Assembly (NCBI GenBank): GCA_951406725.2
Contig: OX597829.1
Coordinates: forward strand, 41,416,001 to 41,480,000
Direction of reading: 5' to 3'
Source: Octopus vulgaris
Taxonomy: Eukaryota
Length of the DNA: 64,000 nucleotides
Positions 55,892 through 64,000 of the stretch are shown here, in pieces (position 1 is the first letter of the stretch; every line of letters begins with the position of its first letter). The notes below the pieces were generated by a model. The model saw nothing but the letters and a program-made list of their open reading frames with translations. It did not search any database and was not told the DNA's origin. The translations under genes were made by a program, and so were the position numbers.

Positions 55892-56090
55892 TACAAGAGT
55901 TGATGAAATTTCCCAGACTTTGAGTAAAAGAAAATTAAGGAGGATCAGTGAATTATGATTTTATTCCAAATATTCCCCTCAGATTCACACACTTATTGCA
56001 GTAGTCTTTCAGTTTATCTAAGCCCTGTAAAAGAACTCAGAAGGTTAGACCTCCAGCCAGGCCTTTTGCGATACTTTTAAAGCCAGGAAT
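55892..56090 (-). mobile_element. mariner 3' end fragment
   Basis: FYR...KCVNLRG.Y.E* C-terminus followed by a TIR-like end next to TA. Confidence 0.5.
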
Positions 56091-56169
56091 GCATGTACAC
56101 ACACACACACACACATACATATATATATCTGTTCTTTCAACATGTGATCTCTTGAGCACCACCAGCTCA

Positions 56170-56360
56170 TATATTTTTTCCTCTGTCTTCCCTTCTTGGG
56201 ATCTTTCCTTCTCCTTGTTTCCGACGAAGAGCTCCGCTCGAAACGTTAAACCCTCCTTCCCTTCTTTCCTGAGCGTCAATAATACTTTAATTGTTCCACG
56301 TCCTGCGTTGCTGTGTTTTTTTCTCTTTTTTTCTGTGTTTTCTTGTTTGGATTAACTTTA
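56170..56360 (+). mobile_element. Penelope-pLTR-like repeat with best-preserved CCGANGA hammerhead-like motif
   Basis: GTTT-CCGACGA-A-GAGC-TCC-GCTC-GAAACGTT-AAAC at 56217-56251. Confidence 0.65.
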
Positions 56361-57001
56361 TATATATATACACTACCTTGGATATCCTTGTTGCTTATTT
56401 TATATATATATATATCAAAATAAGCAACAAGGATATCCAAGGTAGTGTAGTACAATCATTTCTTCTACTTCATTTTATTAAACACTGTAAGTATTGCATC
56501 AGATTTAAAATGTCGAGCAATCTTCAGCCACATATAGAATTTTTTTTAATTAAACGGACAATCCTTGTTGTACAGACACCTAAACTACAAATACATACAT
56601 ATGCACATACACCTTTCCATTGTCAGAAGAAGGCTGGTTCTGAGGTTTAGATAAACAAATTATTTGTTAGTTTAGGTAAAAAAAAATAATAACTTTGATA
56701 AATTTATGTAAAACACCATTCTAAAAAAAAAAAAAGTTTACAATAATTCTTTTATTAATTTTCTCATATTAATCAATTATTCCCATTAGTTATGAGTTTT
56801 CATATCACCTTAAGTAACAAACCTTCTTTTGTCAACATCCTGATCCATATCCATTAATTGATGTTTAGCCAACTGTTCCTCCCAAAAATCCATCAATTTC
56901 TTCCGTCATTATTTCCTTTTGAGATTTCTTCCATTTCTTCACATTCCTTTTCTTCTTTTTGCTCTTCAATGTGCCCACTGATGCCTGACTTCAACGAGAT
57001 T

Positions 57002-57043
<42 letters not shown>

Positions 57044-57082
57044 CATATACATACATATATATACACACATATATATATATAC

Positions 57083-57114
<32 letters not shown>

Positions 57115-57196
57115 ATACATATACGTACATATACATACATACATACACATACATATACATACATACATATACATACATATACATACATACATATAC

Positions 57197-57245
<49 letters not shown>

Positions 57246-57570
57246 CATATATATACATACATATACATACATATACATACATATATATATATATACATAT
57301 ATATACATATACATACATATATGTATATGCATACATATATATACATACATATACATACATACATACATACACATACATACATACATACACATACATACAT
57401 ATGCATACATATACATACATGTACATATATACAGATATATATACACATATATATACATATATATACATATACATACATATACATATATATACACATATAC
57501 ATACATATACTTACATACATATATATACATATATATATATATATACACATATATACACATATATATATAA

Positions 57571-58092
57571 TCCCCACCCCTAACCCTAACTCTAACTAAA
57601 CCTAACCCTAAAATAGATTGAAATGCAATAGATCGATACTAGGGCCATAATTATGGGTGACAATTTCATATGACACTGGTACGGAAAATGGGATTTTTTT
57701 CTAGCGGTGTCGTATGAAATTGTCACCCATAATTACGGGCCTAGTATCAATCTATTGCATTTCAATCTATTTTAAGGTTAGGTTTAGGGTTAGGGGTGGG
57801 GGAAGGGTATCTTTTTTTCTTCGCAAATGTAAATAAACCCAATCTGTTTCTTAAACGAGAACATATTCATACAGCACGGTATGTTTTGACTCCAAATGGA
57901 CGTATGTGATTGGTTAAAATTGCCGAAAAGCTCGATTTTAAAGTGGAAATATGTTACAACATATAGAATTTTCTCAATAAAGCCAAGAAAAAAATGATGT
58001 TTTATAAACACATTCTACCAGTATACGAAGTTTAAAAGTGTTTAGCTTACTAGAAATTGTGTTGACATATGCCGTTCAAAAGGAAAAGATCC
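57571..58092. mobile_element. MITE-like element with internal TTAGGG-type repeats; 5' part duplicated as a head-to-head palindrome
   Basis: Arms ~57571-57680 and ~57704-57803; terminus GCCGTTCAAAAGGAAAAGATCC, also seen at ~60855-60877. Confidence 0.7.
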
Positions 58093-58196
58093 TATACCAA
58101 TACTATATTTGCATACACATGCATAAACTAAGAACATGCAAAAGAAACTAATAAATTATAGTAACTAAGGAATTTATATTCAATTATAAATATTTA

Positions 58197-58361
58197 CGTT
58201 CTGAGTTCAAATTCCGCCGAGGTCGACTTTGCCTTTCATCCTTTCGGGGTCGATTAAATAAGTACCAGTTACGCACTGGCATCGATGTATTCGACTTAAT
58301 CCGTTTGTTTGTCCTTGTTTGTCCCTTCTATGTTTAGCCCCTTGTGGGTAGTAAAGAAATA
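58197..58361 (+). mobile_element. 5'-truncated SINE family B inside the Tc1 left TIR
   Basis: TSD TATAAATATTTA on both sides. Confidence 0.88.
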
Positions 58362-58422
58362 TATAAATATTTAGGGGTGAAAAAAGTATTCGTACAGAAC
58401 ATAAATAACTGATAATTCTGAT

Positions 58423-59436
58423 TTAATACTTCGTAGCATAACCATCATTATTCAGTTCCACTTCAACCAATCTCTTCTTGTAGCTCTTAATCAATGACTT
58501 GGATGTTTCTTTAGGAATTTTTTCCCATTTTTCTTGACAAATTTTCTTCAAATCTGCAATGCACATTGGGGCTCTTGAATGAATTGTAATTTTCAAATAA
58601 CGCCACAAATTTTCAATGGGGTTCAAGTCAGGTGACTGGCTTGGCCATTCTAATAATTTTATTTTGTGATCGACTATCCCTTTCTTGGTAGACTTTGCCA
58701 TGTGCTTAGGGTTGTTATCCGGTTGTAAAACCCACCCTTCACAAAGCTGGAGCTTTTCTACAGAGTCCCATAAATTATTGTTCAAAATATTTTGGTACAT
58801 CTCTGCATTCCTTCTACCATCTATCACATGTAAATTGCCAGTACCATTTGCAGAGAAACACCCCAACACCATGATGTTGCCACCTCCAAACTTTATGGTA
58901 GGAATTGTGTTTTTCGGTGAATAGGTGGTAAAATCTTTCCTCCAAACATGGCTACGCGAATTTCGTCCAAACAATTCAATTTTCGACTCGTCTCTCCATA
59001 GAACATTTTCCCAGAATATATCAGATTAATCTTTGTTCATAAACAAATTTTAAATGGGCATCTCTATGCCTTTTAGTCAACAGCGGAGTTTTTCTAGGAG
59101 AGCATGACTTCAGTTCATTCCTATGAAGTTCATTGCTGATTGTTTGTAGTGTAACATTAGTCCCTGAAGCTAACAAATCTTCTTGCAACTCATTTCTGGT
59201 GATCATTGCATTTTTTTCGATTCTTCACTTCATTTTTCTTAAAGATCAGGGGAAATCTTGCATGGTGCACCGGATCTTATTCTGTTTTCAACAGTTCCCA
59301 ATTTTTTTTATATCTTTGAATAAATGAAGATATGGTAGAAAATGGAATACAAAGGGTCTCTGATATTTTACTGTAACTTTTACCTGCTTCCCACTGTTTT
59401 TTTCACTGAATTTGTGAGTTCTTTACTTTTCGCCAT
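58423..59436 (-). pseudogene. Tc1 transposase pseudogene
   Basis: MAKSKELT start; VLWRDESKIELFG (first D); GGGNIMV.GCFS; QPDNNPKH-34aa-E with WPSQSPDLNPIENLW; G..TKY end; frameshifts in the N-terminal half. Confidence 0.92.
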
Positions 59437-59639
59437 TATTACGATACTACTTTGTTGTCTCAGTGCTGAATGAAGAAGCTAGCATTTTGACTCTTAAAAA
59501 TGACAACTGATAAGATTATTGGAACAAACAAGAAAGTTCTAGTTTAAAAAAATTATTCTAACAGTATTTTGTGGCATAGAAAATCATAAACTTATTCTGT
59601 ACAAATACTTTTTGCACCCCTAAATATTTATGATTGTAT

Positions 59640-60778
59640 TATAAAAATAGAATCACATATGGTCGTATCGTATAAGAGACACAGTCGCACGCGATCCCAT
59701 TCTTAAAGAGTCTTTACTGACCAGTTTTACATGCAGCGGCAAAACACATAAGTGGAATGACAACAATATTTCTTTTTGTGATATATACATTATTTATTTT
59801 ACATATTTCACAATCATGCTTGATGTTGGAAGTTTGTAAGTGTTAGCATGTTTTTGTGTCTGTGTGTTCGTGAGGTGTAAAAGGTACTGACCAGTGAAAT
59901 GACGATGGAATTTGGTTCACAGTTCATGTTGTTGGTATCAGCCTGGCAACAGGTAGTAACAGATGGCTTAAGGTGGTTCTTAGAAGAACTAGAACCCAAG
60001 AACAGATAATTGATTTACCGTTTATGAGGTACAGTGTAAGAGTTCCATATCAAGAGGTTGCGTCTCATAGTTGAGATTAATTGAATCACTTGTTGTGTTT
60101 ATCTTTCTCTTGATATGAATATACTTCCAGATATATTAACTGTAGCTGTTTTTCCCGTGGTGATATTTTCACCTAACCGCTATAGTTGAATCTGTAGTTG
60201 CCTTGTGTACAAGTTAAATCTTCTATGATAGAGACGATGTTGGCGATGAAGTTGTGTCTGTCGCTTGGTTTTTGCTGCGTCTTCATTATATATTCTGCTT
60301 GGTTATTTTTCTCTAGTTATAGATATCTTGTAACAGTTCTTTTCGTGGTGATATTTTCACACTAACAGTATGAGAGATATCTGTAACATCTTGTATTAAT
60401 GGTGGTCGCCTGCCTTTCGAACTGGAACTTGGTCGAGTATGCTCTGTGTGGTCAGAGGTTAGCCCTGAGAAGGACTAGAAACCTAAGACGAATACTTGTC
60501 TGAGAACCCTTGTTTTATAAGCTTTATGTGGCTCCTAATGAACTTCAGAAATGGAAAGCTGTGATTGGCTGCTTGGAACTATGGCGCGAAAATAAGCGGA
60601 GGCAAATCACGTCACGTGATAACCAGCGGTGCGAACGTAGTAGAGACCACGTATCAGCCAATCGAATTAGTGTTTACAACAATGTTGAACTAGCCGAAGA
60701 TGTTTGTAATCTCGACCGAGGTTATTCTTAATACTCTTCTCAAACAGTGAAGATAGCAATGAGAACGATATTGCTACA
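59640..60778 (-). mobile_element. Probable solo LTR inserted in the Tc1 right TIR
   Basis: 4-bp TSD GTAT (59636-59639 and 60779-60782); ends TAT(A)...CTACA (TG..CA with one change); minus-strand order CCAAT/E-box (60564-60662), TATAAAA (60513-60519), AATAAA (59793-59798). Confidence 0.65.
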
Positions 60779-61149
60779 GTATATAAATTCATTAGTTACT
60801 ATAACTTATTAGTTTCTTTTGCATTTACTTACAAAGAAATTATTTTAAAAAATCTGCCGGTCAAAGCGAAAAGATCCGAATTTCGACATGTACGAATATT
60901 TATTTCTCCCACTGTATATATATAGACAATAAGAAAATGGAGGAAAAACAACAAATAGTAGTGTATCTTTGGTGCTAAAAAGTCATTATTTAATTAGTTA
61001 ACCAATGTGAAGGTAAGAGTGTTTACAGCTGTCACTGTGTGCCGTATTGAGTTAAATATGTATCTACCTCATTGCAAATAGTAGACGTCATCAGAACGAA
61101 GAAGGCAGAGATAGACAGAGACGAATACATACATACATATATATATATT

Positions 61150-61378
61150 ACTTTACTACCCATAAGGGGCTAAACATAGAGGGGACAAACAAGGACAGAC
61201 AACGGATTAAGTCAATTACATTGACTCCAGTGCGTAACTGGTACTTAATTTATAGATCCCCAAAAGGATGAAAGGCAAAGTCGACCTCGGCGGAATTTGA
61301 ACTCAAAACATAACGGCAGACGAAATACCACTAAGCATTTCGCTTGACGTGCTAACGTTTCTGCCAGCTCACCGCCTT
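61150..61378 (-). mobile_element. SINE family B
   Basis: Full-length reverse copy. Confidence 0.9.
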
Positions 61379-61404
61379 AAATACATACATACATACATAC
61401 ATAT

Positions 61405-61781
61405 AGTGTGGCTGTGTGTTAAGAAGCTTGCTTCCCAACCACATGGCTCTGGGTTCCGTCCCACTGTGTTGCACCTTGGACAAGTGTCTTCTAGTATAGC
61501 CTTGAACAAACCAAAGCCTTGTGAGTGGATTTGGTAGATGGAAACTGAAAGAAGATAAATATAGATTTTTTTAATTCTTTTACTTCTTTTAGCCATTTGA
61601 CTCCAGCCATGCTAGAGCACGACCTTTAGTTGAACAAATCGACTCCAGTACTTACTTTTTGTAAGCCCAGTATGTATTTTATCGATCTCTTTTATCAAAC
61701 TGCTAAGCTTTGGCCATGTAAAAACACCAACATTGGTTGTCAAGCGATTGTGGGGAGATAAACGCAGGCACGCAAATGTAC

Positions 61782-61820
<39 letters not shown>

Positions 61821-61985
61821 CATATATATGAGGGGCTTCTTTCAGTTTCCATCTACCAAATCCTCTCACAAAGCTTAGGTTAGCCCGAGGCTATAATAGA
61901 AGGCACTTACCCAAGGTACCATGCAGTGGGACTGAACCCAGAACCATGTGGTTGGGAAGCAAGCTCCTTAACACACAGCCATGCT
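61405..61985. mobile_element. Two SINE A copies in opposite orientation (5' half on +, full copy on -)
   Basis: 61405-61553 on + and 61576-61985 on -. Confidence 0.85.
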
Positions 61986-62182
61986 ATATATATATATATT
62001 TATACCAGAGTAAGCACATAAATGTGAAACAAGGTGGAAAAAAAGAGTACGTACTCCAATACCAGAGGTAGAGTAAAATGCTTTATTTAAAAGCAGCAGA
62101 AATATAACAAAAGCTGTTACTCAGAGTTTCACGTTTCCACTCTGAGTAACTTTTATTATATTTCTGCTGCTTTTAAATAAAG

Positions 62183-62430
<248 letters not shown>

Positions 62431-62672
62431 TATATATATACACACACACACACACACATACACATATATATATATATAATGATGATAATAATAATAATAA
62501 TAATAATAAAGAGTAAAATTAATTAATTAACTAGTAATTAATAATTCCACCAATTAGAATTTGGCATGATAAAAAGACCATTTTTCGGTAAACTTAAACA
62601 ATATTTTATAATTATGAGTATAATTATAATTAGGGTTCAGCAAAGATTTGCTTTATGTGGTAAAGCAAATCT

Positions 62673-63554
62673 TTGCTTCTTTTTAATTCATGCCACCCAA
62701 GACACACTAAAACAAACATCCCCTTCAACCTTGCAAGAAGGATATGCACAATAGTGTCAGAACAAAATACCAGGAACTTTAGACTGCAAGAACTCAAAAA
62801 CACCCTAATTGACAGACATTACCCAGCTCAACTCATAGAGGATGGGATCAGACGTGCAACAGAAATAAACATAGAAACTTTAAGAAAAGTTCAACACAAC
62901 AACATACCTTCCCCGAAAATACTACCTTACATATCTACATACAACCCCAGAAACAAAGAAGCCTTCACCATCATCACCCAGAATTTACCAATACTTCATA
63001 AAAACCCCAAATTAAAGGAAATTCTAAACGTACACCAAATCATTAAAAGCTACAAACAGCCTAAATCACTTAAAAAGATTCTCACAAAGGCAAAATTGTC
63101 TTCTGAAATTACGGATGCAATAGTAAAAAAATGTGGTAGATCGAACTGTGCAACATGTCCTAACCTGCTAGAAGGATCAGAATTCCTCTTTAAAGAGGGA
63201 CAGAAATTCAAGATCAAATCTAACTTTACTTGTGCCTCTGAAAACATAATTTATGTCATAAAATGCTCGGGCTGCCACCAAGACTACGTGGGTTCCACGG
63301 GACTATCACTCAGATGTAGATGCACACTGCATCGACAACAGATTGCATTCCCAGAATATAGAATGATACCTTTTAGTGAGCACATTGAGAAATGCGCAAA
63401 GCAACTACTACCACAATTTTTAATCTTTCCATTTTACCAATGTGCTTTTGGATCATCAACACAAATTAGACTAAACAAGGAAACATTCTTCATTGAAAAG
63501 TACAAGCCCAGACTCAACCATCCGAACATACTGATACAGAGAAATTCACATTAA
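62673..63554 (+). mobile_element. 5'-truncated Penelope-like retroelement (Neptune type): RT thumb, Cys linker, GIY-YIG endonuclease
   Basis: SCHP.HTK..IPF..A.R...I.S (PLE thumb), R.YP, P.I.TYNP, CGRSNCATC zinc linker, FTC.SEN.IY.I.C..C...YVG.T...L..R...H, E..FI....P.LN; uninterrupted 293 codons. Confidence 0.93.
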
Positions 63555-63894
63555 GGGAAAGGAAAAAAATTTTTAAGCGATTATCTCCCTTACACCGGAA
63601 GAAATCACCCACTACCTCCCCTTATTTAGAACTCTCGGGAACATAAACACAACAATAACTCTATTCAGCATAAACATAACGTCACAAGAAATTTGAAAAG
63701 CTACACGTGAAACCAGTCTTTCTTTTAATTATGTCATTATAAAGGAAAAAAAATTTTTTTTTAAAATTTTCTAATATTCTTCAGACATATTGACACAAAT
63801 ATATATATATTTTTTAACATTTAAGCCTTCTGTCGTTTTTTCACTCTTTACTATTTTCTATATATTCACCCACGTGCTTTCACAAACCAACTTT

Positions 63895-63942
<48 letters not shown>

Positions 63943-64000
63943 AACATATATATATATTGTCAGACTCTCCTTGTTTTTTTCTGTGTCCCTTTCTGTAGAA

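Larger units (their letters stand above)
58093..60914 (-). mobile_element. Tc1 (DD34E) transposon with long IR/DR-type inverted repeats, carrying nested insertions
   Basis: Outer end CAGTGGGAGAAATAAATATTCGTAC next to TA at 60914; inner repeats TAGGGGTG.AAAAAGTATT.GTACAGAA at ~58372 and ~59595-59622; TIR segments ~58136-58196 and ~60781-60824 are mirrored. Confidence 0.85.

Noticed and set aside
57571-57612. True telomere or chromosome-fusion site
   Set aside because: Only a few degenerate units, embedded in a dispersed repeat, oriented outward rather than as a TTAGGG/CCCTAA fusion.

Overview
Eukaryotic, very AT-rich, microsatellite-saturated DNA. The repeat families and the one host exon look like an octopus (coleoid cephalopod) genome; this is inferred from recognition, not from a search. 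The only host gene I can support is the first coding exon of a nucleoredoxin-like gene on the minus strand (947->456, ending at a GT donor). The remaining ~63 kb upstream is a mosaic of mobile-element debris: two tRNA-derived SINE families, RTE, CR1 and R4/Dong LINE fragments, Penelope-like elements, Tc1/mariner and hAT fossils, non-autonomous Helitrons, MITEs and a probable solo LTR. Almost all ORFs in the supplied track are microsatellite or SINE artefacts. The most interesting signals are RNA-structural: (i) a variable-copy ~65-nt hairpin+pseudoknot module array in an RTE 3' UTR, with covariation; (ii) several families of hammerhead-ribozyme-like motifs, some with non-canonical cores, plus many fold-back palindromes carrying the hammerhead 3' half; (iii) a SINE tail matching the 3' UTR of a CR1 LINE in the same window; (iv) a Tc1 element whose inverted repeats were separately invaded by a SINE and a solo LTR. 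Repeat boundaries were read by eye and are approximate unless a target-site duplication (TSD) is quoted.
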